54,887 bases of DNA from Catajapyx aquilonaris (lineage: Eukaryota), in the NCBI GenBank assembly GCA_000934665.2, contig KZ538141.1:62001-116887 (forward strand). The letters run 5' to 3'. Position 1 is the first letter of the stretch; the number at the start of each line of letters is the position of its first letter. A program made the position numbers and the translations under genes. The notes below the pieces were generated by a model. That model was given only the letters and a program-made list of their open reading frames with translations. It was not told where the DNA came from and made no database searches. Shown in pieces: positions 13,293-25,277 of the stretch.

Positions 13293-16200
13293 TTGGGCTG
13301 GGGAAGCGGGCTCGGGAATCTCTAGATGGGCTGCGGGGTCCCTTTTCCCACCCACCCAACCCACCCACCCACCCTTGGAGAGCTGCGCTTTTCCCCCGCC
13401 TCTCCATCCCCCTCCTTTTTTCAACGTAGACTAGGCATCCGCACCATTGATTGCGGCACTGTAGGGAGGTCACTCGGACAAGGTCAAGTTCAGGTCATTT
13501 CCAACACTGCCAATCGGGGGGTGTTATTTCTCACGCTGTTTGTTGGCGCGGTTGTGACGGTTCGGGTACGATCCCTGTGATTGGTGCACACTGTGTGTTG
13601 GATATAATAATATCCCGTTTTGTTGTTGCTTGGTCGTGCGCGATTGTTGGTTTCATCTGGGGAATTTTTTTGGTGGTTGCTGACACACTTAACTGTACAG
13701 CTGTAGAGAGATAGAGAGAGAGAGAGAGAGAAAAGGTGGCAAAATAAGTGGTTTCACACAATGACGAACACAGCTATAATTTTAGCAATTTTTTTTTAAC
13801 TTTCCTTAAAATATTGGCATTGTAGTATGGAGTCAGAATTGCGTGTATGAAAAATGCAATTTTGAAGCCTATGTTTTCAATGGCATCATTTTCGTGCCAA
13901 ATTTGTCGAAACAGAGCGCATTCGCTATTAAAGACAGGTGTAGTTTCACCTTACTATGTATAACAGCAGACTGAAAATCCGGGCTAAGCTGTGTTTTACG
14001 TACGTTTCCCGCAAATATTTGCACGTTCCGCTTTTAGCATATCCATTGTTTGAGGTGACCCTTTGCGATTTGAAAGTGAAAAAAAAAGAGGCAGTGTACC
14101 CTGCTTATCTCCTGCTGATGGTTACTAGGAGTTAATGACACTTTTGTCCGCGATCTTTTTATATATACGGGCACAGAATCTGATGCAATGTTTCGTCATG
14201 GCCTGATGCAACGTTGCGTTCAGTGAGGGCAACCGGGGGAGGTCGAGCCCTTCTGGAGGGTTGACCAGCTGGGCTCAGTCTTAGGACCGTGTTTGGCGAA
14301 TCTAGTGTGATTCTTACTGAAGTGGGGATGACTCGGAAGAGACAAGGTCACGAGCTAGCAGGTACGGATTGGCAGGTGTGCGAACGCCAATTTATCTGAA
14401 CCTGTGTAGTGTACAAAGCAGGCACTTTCTGTGGTTACTGTCAGACTTCTCTGAAACTTGCGGAATGCCAGAGATCTGGTCCAGGCGCTGTGCAAGCAAA
14501 TTGTGTGAAGCATTAACACATTATTCATGTTGTGGGTACACTACCTGTCATCCATACCTGGGCCCTAATTAGTAATTACACGAGGTACACCGAGTACAAG
14601 GCGGATTGTTTCACCCAGCAATTGGTCTGCCAGATTCGCCTTTCATAACACCGTGCATCGGGGCACAAACCCCGTAAATTTTCTTGTTGCTAAAACAGTG
14701 ACTCGTAACCTATATTTGCGTCACGTGCTTGTCATTCTCGAATCGGGAAAGGGATTTTTGGCGCGTGTTTTTTTTGGCAGTGGCGCACCGTGTAACATTT
14801 GAAGGTTGCAGAAAGTTGATGCGACAATAATAAGGAACCGGAGCCAAACCTGAAAAATCAGTGCATGAGTTGGATTACTGTTGATTTTCACTCATCCGTT
14901 ACTTTGCACGTGCATTTACCTGGCTGCACACAGTTTATTGGCACAATTATTGCACAATTGTTGGCAACATGGGGTTAAAAGTCGGGTTCGCAGCACTGAA
15001 AGCTGTGTACAGTACTGTACAAGCAGGTGTGGTCGATTCAGGTTTGTTGAAGCTTCCAAGTATTGGATACGGTATGAACTTAGCCCTCGTACAATTTTTT
15101 GCTTCGACGACAGAACTGCCTTGCACTAATTGACCGCCACATTTGCGGCGTTTAATTATTATGCTCTGCGCACGTTACGTGATCGTAATGATCTCTCAAA
15201 ACGTTGCTTAATCCGCGCACACTTCGTTTTAATTGCCCACTGTGCGTAAACTGTGCCAACTCTTTACATTTTTAGACTTTTTTTCCGGTTGACATCCACC
15301 TGAGGATATCCTGCCCGGTTTTAGCTTCCAATTCATGCACTTTCTTCTAGTCATTAGATAATAAATTTGAAGGACGTGCATCCAATTGTGTATAGGAAAT
15401 GTGTGATCTGGTTGTTGTCCTTGATTGCGAAAAACAAGTGGAGAGAGAGGTGTGGGGAAAAAACATGAAAAGGAAAAGGGAAGGAGTGATTGGTTATGGT
15501 ATAGAGGAGGTGGTGGGGAGTGTGAATTGGTCAAGGTGTGTGTGTGTCTGGCTTTAGCTTAGCTGGCTGGCAGTGCTCCTTCTCGAGACGTAACTTTCAC
15601 TTGTGGAAGATGGTGATGGTGCAGCAGCTGGGGTTTTTATTTCCAGTAGTTCCCGCGCAAAAGATGTTGTGTAATCTCTTATGTGGAGCACACATCAGGA
15701 CAGATAGAGGCCAGTCGGGTCTGGGTTCTTGAGTGGGATGCAACCATGGCAGGTACAGTGCTTTTGTGTTCGAAGTCTGATTCGATGCAAATGAGAGAGG
15801 TGCCCAACATATGTTTTTTTGGCCAAGTAGTGGTGATGATCGCTCAGGCGAAGGGTAACATTTGGTTGGAAAACATGAGACAAGGACGACCCACTTGGCT
15901 TTTGTATCCTTTAGCTCCAGAACGTGAAAACATCGAAGTGACAGATAAACAGCAGTGGTTCGCTACTGGAAATCGGCCAAAGCGTCCTTGTGCATTCAAT
16001 GACATTTCTAAAAACAGAAAAACAAGCATCTTTGTAGTGACAAAAACAATAGTGTTTGGTTATTCAGGTTGATTGAGATAACACGAAAGCCCTGATAATC
16101 GAGACCCTGTCCTCTGTAAAGTACAAACGAGTTATGTACTGTACTGACGTTATTTACCTGCCGCGACAAGACTTTCATTATTTGCAAACTGTGACGATTT

Positions 16201-17027
16201 CTTGTGGGTCAATAGTTGTTATTATTCACGTGCTATTACTGTACATTATGAGGAATTTTATAGCATTAATGTTTGACCCTTGGAAGACTTGCACCACACA
16301 TGTTGGTAATGGTGATCGTTACAGGGTTTTGTGCTGCGGTAAGCAAAGATAATTTGCTGATTCCTTTCGTCCCATTGTAGAGTTGTACTGCTGCAGTGTC
16401 ATCACCTTTCTATTAGTTCCAATTTAATTTCTAGTTAACAAAATAAACTAATCTCAGGAACTTGTGGAAAATGGGGATATGAAACACCCAGGGTCACTCT
16501 CGAAGCTTCCATAACTGTCCCTTTATTCCCTCATGGCCATCTCCTGCTGATGACCTGTCATTGTGCTCTCATATCATTGCCTTTAAATCCCTTATCTCCA
16601 GCCCTGGGTAAACACAGACATACTAAACTCTTCAATTACAAATTACTTGCTGTTATCAGGCATTGTTTATGACCTTCACACTCTGCAGTATGTGTTCAAA
16701 TAAACATGTGAATCAGACATTATGGCTGGTACAGTACGTGTGAATCACTTTCTTTGGAGGTACTGTAACAAAATCCTTTTTAATTAATGAAACTAATTTA
16801 ATTGTTACTGCAGCAGTCCTGCTGTCAAGTAAATATCCTTTCGATGTAGCCTGTAACTTTCACAGCTAGTCGAAGCTAGCTACACAATAGTTATAGCTTA
16901 TGGGTGTAGTTTATCTGCCTCCCGCACATTATAATAGGCTGTGGTGAAGCAGGACATGTCACATATGGCACACTGATAATTTTTATCAAGCAGTCTACTG
17001 AAGGTTCTTTTTACAATTTCAGCTGAG

Positions 17028-19434
17028 ATGGACTCGTTCCTGTGCTTGTTCGACCCTTCCAATGATGCTGGATGGGACGATGACACGGACAGCGCAACAG
17101 AGTCTGACAACCGTCCTCACTCCCAGCTGTCCACCAACAATGAGCTTCCGGCCCATCTTCCTCCAGAGCCACAGCTGGGTAATGTGGAGTACAAGCTGAA
17201 ACTGGTCAGCCCCTCCCGTCACCGGTTCGAGCACTTGGTGACCCAAATGAAGTGGCGCCTGAGAGAGGGTCAGGGGGAAGCCATCTATGAAATTGGAGTG
17301 GAAGACAGCGGACAGATGGCGGGACTGTCCAGGGAGGACATGGAGGCCAGTCTAGGGACCCTTCGAGATATGGCCCGCAGGTTGGATGCCACCACAACAG
17401 TCCTGAGGGAACGGGTAGTTGAGGATGGAGCCAATGGAAACTTTCGCCAGGTGAGACCCAGGTTCAAGTTACTGCCGACCAGTGGAAGTGAAAGATATTT
17501 TTATGCTCTTGTCAGGTGGCGGAAGTGCTGGTGAGAAAGGTTCCAGACGATCAGCACTCAATAGATGTGCGAGTGGCAGTGCTTGGGAGTGCGGATGTGG
17601 GCAAGTCCACCCTTCTAGGTGTGCTGACCCAGGGGGAGCTGGACAACGGGCGAGGGAGGGCCAGACTTAACATGTTCAGGCACCTGCATGAGGTCCAGTC
17701 CGGAAGAACAAGTTCCATCAGCCACGAAGTCCTTGGATTTGATTCTCAAGGAAGGGTCATCAACTACAGGTATAATCAGTGCTTATAAAATTATAAAATT
17801 GATTTTTATCTGAGACGTGGGATGAGCCAGTATTCATGAGTGTAGATTGTTAAATTTACTCGTTTTTTCTGCAGCTGAACTCATTGCATGGTCATGAAAG
17901 CAGCGTCAATTTTATGTTCTATACAAGTACCATACTTTTTTCTGCAGTGAATCATCCACAACGGAGGAGATATGTGAGAATTCAACGAAGCTGATAACCC
18001 TGATTGACCTGGCTGGCCATCACAAGTACCTGAAGACCACCATATTCGGCCTCACTGGCTATTCGCCTCATTACGTAATGTTTGTGGTGAATGCCAACGT
18101 AGGTGTTGTTGGCATGAGCCGAGAGCATCTGGGTCTGGCCATGGCCCTGGAGGTCCCACTCTTTGTGGTGGTCACCAAGACTGACCTGGCTCCCACTGGT
18201 CTTCTACGGCACACCCTAGACACGCTTGAAGCTATTCTGAAGGCACCAGGGTGCAACAAGGTAAGTTGCTCTCGCCAGTGCTCTTTTCTCCAAGCTAATC
18301 TGACAAATATTCGCAGGTCCCGCTACGAATTGCCAATGAGGACGACGTCATTACCGCTGGATCAAACCAGCTGAAGCAGAATGTGGTCCCAATATTCTGC
18401 GTGTCAAGCGTAACAGGCCGTGGGCTGGACCTCCTCACAAAGTTCCTCCATGTCCTGCCTCCAGCAGTGAGTGCCAAGGAGCGTGAGCGATTGGAGCAGC
18501 AGCTGAGTGAGTTCCAGATAGACGAGACTTTTCGGGTGCCTGATGTGGGAACCGTGGTGGGAGGCCTCCTGACTCAGGGGGTGTTGGCGGAGGGAAGCAG
18601 CCTAATGCTAGGACCCTTTGATGACGGGAGGTTTGCGCCAGTGACAGTCCAGTCAGTCAGAAGAAACAAGACCCCATGCAGACTAGTCAGAGCGAGCCAG
18701 AGTGCGTCTCTAGGACTAAGCATGGCCGATGGAGGAATTATGCCCAGGCTACGGAAGGGGATGGTGATGCTTCAGCCTCCAACGCAGACCAGAGCTTGCC
18801 TGTACTTCCAGGTCAGTTGGGGACAGCCACACTATGTACATAATATAGGGTACTCTCACCCGGGGTTTTCTTTCTTGACCGTGCAAGAGATGCAGTTTTC
18901 GAATGAGCATTACTTTTGGCCTACATGTAATAGTTTTATCGCTGCAAAACTTTTGTACTGTGCATTGGGCGTCATTGCCATTTTCTTCATTCTTTACAGG
19001 CTACAATCTACGTCCTCTTCCACTCTACTGCAATATTCCGGGGCTTCCAGACGACTGTACACATCGGCAACGTGCGTCAGACCGCGGTGATTGTGGGCAT
19101 AATGGCGGCTGAGAGCATCCACACCAATGACCGTGCCTCTGTTCTCTTCCGGTTTCTCAAGAGGCCAGAGTTCATCAGGCTCGGGTCGCGGGTCCTCTTC
19201 CGGGAAGGGAGGACCAAAGGGATTGGGAAGGTCACTCAAACCTTCCCAATGTCCGCACAGGTCAATCCTTTGCTCCAACCAATCCCTGTAACAACACCAG
19301 ATGAGGAGACTGATGAGGAAGAAGTGAGGTGGGTTGGGATTGATGACAGTGAAGGAGCAGAAGAGGAGGAGGAGGAAAGGGTGGACGAGGAGGAAGATGA
19401 CGATAGTGAGACTATGGTGAATGGAATCAAGTGA
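17028..19434 (+). CDS. GTPBP2: GTP-binding protein 2 (translational GTPase, ~639 aa); exons 17028-17450, 17516-17769, 17948-18260, 18317-18811, 19000-19434
   Basis: [16 protein letters not shown]...[23 protein letters not shown]-terminus, G1 [18 protein letters not shown]3 IDLAGH, G4 TKTD and C-terminal [13 protein letters not shown]. Four GT-AG introns with consistent phases (0,2,0,0). Confidence 0.96.
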
Positions 19435-22319
19435 GGGGGGAAGACAAGTCTTTTTGGGCAGCCTGAAATTGAAAGGACTTCAAACCTAATCCTGCTTGAG
19501 ACTGTCGCACTTTCTCTAGAATCAAATCAGGTGGTACCGTACCACCTACCCTGTCCGCTGTTTTTAGCATGGAGCATTTTATCACTGCCTTCTGAAGTTG
19601 ACCACTGCTTGTGGGCTTCCGATGTGTCATAGTAATACTGTAATTTAATGCTTAATTTCCAATTTTAAACCATCAGTGCTTCTGACTTTCTTGTAAGTAA
19701 TGATTGTGTACAAAGATTTTGCCATACCTTCCAAGATCAGAATTCAGCACAATCTTAATTTAAGTTCACAGGAGTATCGCGATGTCTGTCTTTAGGTTAT
19801 TACGGTTTGGATCCGCTAATCATGGCCAGCCTCATATGTTCTTAATTTCATGGCCCAGCCTGATTGGTGGATACCAACCAGAGTAACAATTTGCTTGTGA
19901 TTGCAGCTTAAATTGCATCAAATATCACGAAGAGAAACTAATGACTGCTTAGCATGTGTATCATGCTTGCCATGGATTTGGAGCCCTTCCCTTTCAGTGC
20001 TGCCCTCTCGTTCAGTCAGTGTAAATATTTTTTTACAAGTGGCTGTGTTACCTACGAGTGAAACTTTAAAATGCTGTCTATGCAACTGCAAGTTTTATGA
20101 AATTTTTTCCACAACTTACGGTTTACACACTGAAAGCATGCTCTTCCGTGCTAGGTGTTGCATTATGCTTGCAACCCTCCCAAAATGGCGAAAAGCCTTG
20201 CACTCAATTGTACAGGCACAAAGTTATTGTTTGCAAGGATTTATTCAAAACTTCTTGTCGTTGCATAGGCCTAGTGATTTTATTCAGATTGTTTTCAGAT
20301 TGCTATTATAATCAAGATCGAATTTTATTTTTATTACCCTCTTGAAATCTTTTGTGTACAAACAATGGCAGACAAAAACTGCAACGACATCAATTATGTT
20401 TCAGGCTGTCCGTGTGTTACTCAGTTTAATGACAGCTGCTAGGGGAGAAAAAATGCGTATAAAAATCATTTACTAATTGTGATTTGTCTGCTGATTGCTT
20501 GCACCAAAAGCCTGAACTGATCTCAATAGCCCAAGTGGTGCTAATCATACGAGATGCCTCGGGGCAAAACCGTCTACAAATGCTCTCTTGTAGTAGTCTT
20601 GGTCATGTTCATGGAACAGGCCCGCTGCAGATGCGGCCTGAAGTTTCGCCAGCTGTATTTTTATGCTGAGTTGCAAAAGCGTATGTCAGCAGTTGAAGCC
20701 AAAAAAACATGTACAGTATGCTTCCTTTCCCCAATCTCCACATACCCAAGAAGCCAATAGGTTTTGAATATGACTTGAACAGCAACAAACTACGAATCTC
20801 CTTTTTACATCCTGATTCATAAGGAAATTTCTTTTTGTCGTCTGGTGAGGATCTTCTCACGAGTCAGTATTAGAATATTTTAATTGTCACAATGTAATTA
20901 TTATCCATATAAGTTGTAACTAATATGCCAAAAGGTAGAGCCTATTATTTAATAATTGTAAACAGGATCAGTTCGACTGCATTGTCTTATGTTAAGAAAA
21001 ATATGTAAATGAAAAGTATGCGGATTTTATCTGAGCGCTCGCTAATGATGATACACCTCTATGAGGTTTGTAATAGCTGAACCCGAGGTTTGTGTGTGGA
21101 ATTTATGTACAGTGTGTAGTGAAATGTACAAAGGAAAGGTTTGTTATTACATCCAACTTTTGTTTCATTACAACTTCCAGGCAGTTTTTCATAGCACATA
21201 GGTCTTCAACCACGCTGCTTTAGAACGATTTGGACATATTGCTGGGCAGACTGTACACCTTGCGAGCTGGCGGCGCAGACTGAAAGACATTTCCAGCCGG
21301 TAAGTGACAACCCAATTGACCTTGCATGACCCGTTGCAGGCACATCCACCTTTTCAGCATCAAAACTTGGCATCTTCTCCCGGAGATGTTGCGGCCCATC
21401 ATCACCGCCCCATTGAGGACAGGCACCATCGAGTGTGTACGTGCGGCATGACTTTCCCGGCCCACTTTCCAAAGTCACATATGAAAGAAGGGTTGCAGCC
21501 AGATGATTAATGTCGCCCCGCAATAATAACCGCCTCTTCCAAATTAAAACACCCTTCCTCCCCCTGTGTATAATATGTTGTGGCAAGGACCATCCTTAAA
21601 TGCTTTCACATGCCAAACTCCTCCTGAGGGAAAAGAGGTAATTAATCGAGCCGGCCCCGATTGGGCAAAAGCTCAAGAAACGTGTCCTTTGTGCATTCAG
21701 CAGGAGTGTGACAGCCAATTTTTTTTTTTCTGTGCATGCGTGAAGGATTGTGTGTATTTTTGGTGGCCCGTTTTTGTAGCATTATGAATAGCTTGGCTGG
21801 GTGTTGGTTGTCAGGAAGAGCAAACACCTTGAATCTGGTGTCGACGAAACGTGGTGTTAAATCCTCGTAAATCGACTTAATGCCCCTCCATAAATCCAAC
21901 CCTCCCTGGCTGCTGATCATCACTCCAACCCGCTATAGTTCATTCATAGACTTTGGGCATAGAGTTGACAGGTCCATTTCTACCCCTGGAGAAAAAAAAG
22001 TTCGAAGTTATCTGAAATGAAAGTTTGATATCGGCAGGTGTCAAGTCACGACCCGGACAGTTCGGGTCATATATTATTCACCATTAAGAAGTTGTGGTCC
22101 AAAGTTGCGGCTTGTCGACGACGACATCGTGGCTATGAGGGGGGAAAACTTTGCCAAGTTTGTGTTCTATACTATCGATTCACCCCTGGCTGTCTGGCCA
22201 AATAAATGTGCGTGACAACTACACCAAAATTTGGCAAAATCAGTAGACTGCGACAGTGACAATTAAACAACTTTAATGAGATGGCCCGCCGATTTACCAC
22301 GTAGGACTAATCTCCACGG

Positions 22320-22407
22320 ATAGATGGCGCAGAATCCCTCTGCACACTTCTGCCACCTTCAGGCCGTGTGAGACAGGTCGGACAAACATCCGACAGAGAG
22401 AGATGAT
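22320..22407 (-). repeat. Dispersed ~90-bp repeat, copy 1 (inverted relative to the copy at 40759-40851)
   Basis: Reverse complement contains TCGGATGTTTGTCCGACCTG and CCTGAAGGTGGCAGAAGTGTGCAGAGGGATTCTGCGCCATCTAT. Confidence 0.85.
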
Positions 22408-22913
22408 TTTCAAAGGTCGCTTGGAGGGATGCATACCTATCATGATTGGCGAACATGCCATAGATGATGGAAGTATCAGTCACATCTGAATTAAGTGTGT
22501 CTCCAACGTAACAAGGTCGCATCATGACAGAGCCGCATTTATTTCAAGCTCACCTACCGTGCATTGGTGCATGTAAGTGAGTGTGCATCACCCTAGCTGA
22601 GTCCTCGCTCTACTTGGCCATCATTACGTCCACATTACCCAATTTAGCTCCCACCCACTTCTACTAAACCGCCCCCCTCTTTTTCTCTCTCCACCACCTC
22701 ATCCCCTAGCAGCATGTAAGCCATGCGCTGTGACGACCAGTTAGTTCACCGTCGACGGCTCCGACGACACTGACGGCGGATCGTCCACCGGCCGGCTCTG
22801 ATGGGTTAAACAATCGCAAACCCAACGGTACAGGTACCGAACAACAATCCACACGCAAACCCCCACGCCTCGGTACCGTACTGTGTGCAACTGAGCAAAC
22901 GAAGAAAAAAAAG

Positions 22914-22991
22914 ATGGTACTTATAACGACATCAGGAACAACAGCACAAAGAGCCGGCCGGAAGATTGCACGAAACAAGCGAAAGGTTAAG
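22914..22991 (+). CDS. Candidate alternative first coding exon A of the JAKMIP-like gene (MVLITTSG...KRKVK)
   Basis: ATG at 22914, 26 codons, donor AAG|GTCAGT in phase 0, compatible with the exon at 25278. Confidence 0.4.
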
Positions 22992-24921
22992 GTCAGTACT
23001 TTCACGCCTGTTTTTGTGTCTTGTTCCGCTCAGGGAAAGTGCACGAGTTTTTTCACCTGGAGATATCATTTTTTTCGGAGGGTGCCAAATGGCACATTTT
23101 TTTCTCGCGGAGGTGGTACCGCTGCCGATTTTTATCCATAGGAGACTGGAAATCTCCTGCTGATTGACCGATAACGTCGGACCGTAAAGACACGCAGAGG
23201 ACCTTCTGGTTTTGTTCTCACACTCTTTTGCATATGCAAACTATTGTGAATCTTCGCAAAAATGGCCTTCTAATAAATGAACTCTCCAACGGTACCGATT
23301 GTATACAAGTTGTAGTATGTATCTAAAATTAGGTGTGTGGGGGTCCTTGGAAGGGTCGTGGACCTCTCCAGAGGGGCCTATAATTGGCTGCAAGCAAACG
23401 GAATTATTTGCAGATGTGCTGCAATCACTTCTGGAGCCCTGCTGGAAGTAGCACTTCCTGCATCGCCAGTATAGAACCTGTTGCTGCACCCTATTTGCAA
23501 AAACACAATAATGCTGCAGCTTATGGATTGTGCGAAACTATTTTGTTTACATATCAGATTACATTTGAAGGCCCTACTCATGCTGGTTATGTGATTCAAA
23601 TATTAGGCTGCTCCTGATCAGCTGACTGATTGTTATGATGGTGCCAATATTTCGAATGAAAAAAAGACCTTGGACTGTCTACCTATTGTCACGGTATCAA
23701 TGGAGTCCAACAATTCATTTTTTTAACGATTCCGCATACTTTCAACTACACGTGCTAAATACATCCAGTTGACAATTGGCAGAAAAAGAAGCCTATTTTT
23801 AAACGTTGCGGCAAGGCCAGCGGAAGTTGCGTTATGATGAATTCAGGAATAATTTGTGTGTCAATGAAGCGGAGGAGGGCTTGGCAAGGTCTCCAGCTCG
23901 TCGTGAGTCGTCTCTCCCAGTCTTTTATATAATTTTCAATATTCAAGTATCCCAGGGAAGGTAATCCGCGACATGCAAATGTGTCTTCAACGCGAGAAAA
24001 ATAGCACAGAGAGTGGGTACAGAGACCGTGACCTTTTTGGTCATCCAGCTGCGTCATTGTGTCTGGCATCCCTTCTTATTTGGCACCAGTTTGCATGGGT
24101 TTTTTTTTAAAGGCGTTACGTACGGAACAACCGCCTATTTTTGGGACCAGCTTATTTTGATGCATTCTTGTGACATATTCGGATGTAGTTTGATCTAAAT
24201 ATTTTTGGTGCAAAAAAGGCAACCTCATTGATCGCCAGTGTCCTTGGACGTCCGAATATAAAAAAAAGTTGGTAACACACCCATACTTTCAGCTAGCTTT
24301 TCCCCCCACCTTTCTGTTTGTATGCTGCTACAACTGATGGCCGGAGAAAATGAGGTCGAAGCCACAAACGAACCTTTTTTTTTTCTCTGTCTCCCATCTT
24401 TTTTTTTTTTCTGCACATATTCTATCTCTTTTCCTCCACTCCTCTGGCTTTGACATCAGAGAGCAGACTCTAGGAAGTTGGCAAATGTCCCAAGCTCCAG
24501 GGCTGTTCAATGTTTGTCAGCTCACCCTATAGTGGGGGTATATAGAGAGAGCTGACTATAGGATGAGGTCATTGTTGGTCAGAAGGTCAGCTGTCAGCCA
24601 ATTCGATACTAAGAATGAGCCCCTGTCGTCATGCTGACACCGAAAATGGCACGGTTTGATGTCGTCACATCCCTGCATCCTTTGCCACACGTTTTTTTTG
24701 GATGTAAATTTTTGGCAGTCTGATATATGAATGGGGGAGGATGGTCCTCCCCTTCTTCTCTCTAGACAGGCGGCTCTCAGAATAGAATCCGGAGACTTCA
24801 GTTTTTCTCTCCAAATGGTTTGTAGTTCTTTGGGGGGATGTTCACATTTCCTTCGCAACCTTCGAATGCGACCCACCCTTTTATATAGTTTATCAACTTA
24901 TTTTACGAACGAATCGACAAT

Positions 24922-24966
24922 ATGGACACGACCATCCACATCGGATGTGGAACCAGAAGCAGGAAG
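24922..24966 (+). CDS. Candidate alternative first coding exon B of the JAKMIP-like gene (MDTTIHIGCGTRSRK)
   Basis: ATG at 24922, 15 codons, strong donor AAG|GTGAGC in phase 0, 311 nt upstream of the acceptor at 25277. Confidence 0.4.
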
Positions 24967-25277
24967 GTGAGCCCATCTTTGCTGTACATCAAACAGGCCC
25001 GATCCGTCCCAGTTTTAATTGTTAAAGAACAGGCGGACACTCTCTTTTAAAATATATCAGTCCACCTGCTGTTTACTTGGTACGTTTGACGACAAATGTG
25101 ACGGCCGCTATTCTTGTATACAAAAGCATTACACGTCTTTGTCGAGTTGGGGACATTTAAGCTGAAGGCCGTCATGCTTGTAATAAACAGCGATTCTTGG
25201 CGGTACAGCCAACTCAAAGAATGTGATTTAATGTATATAATTTGAGCTGATTTTAACAGTCAAATTTGTACTTTCAG

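Noticed and set aside
13087..13473. ORFs spanning the tRNA
   Set aside because: Incidental translations of the tRNA-Gln gene and its flanks.
21206..21586. GC-richer segment with 81-126 aa ORFs after the GTPBP2 3' region
   Set aside because: No recognisable homology or coherent splice structure in any frame I examined.
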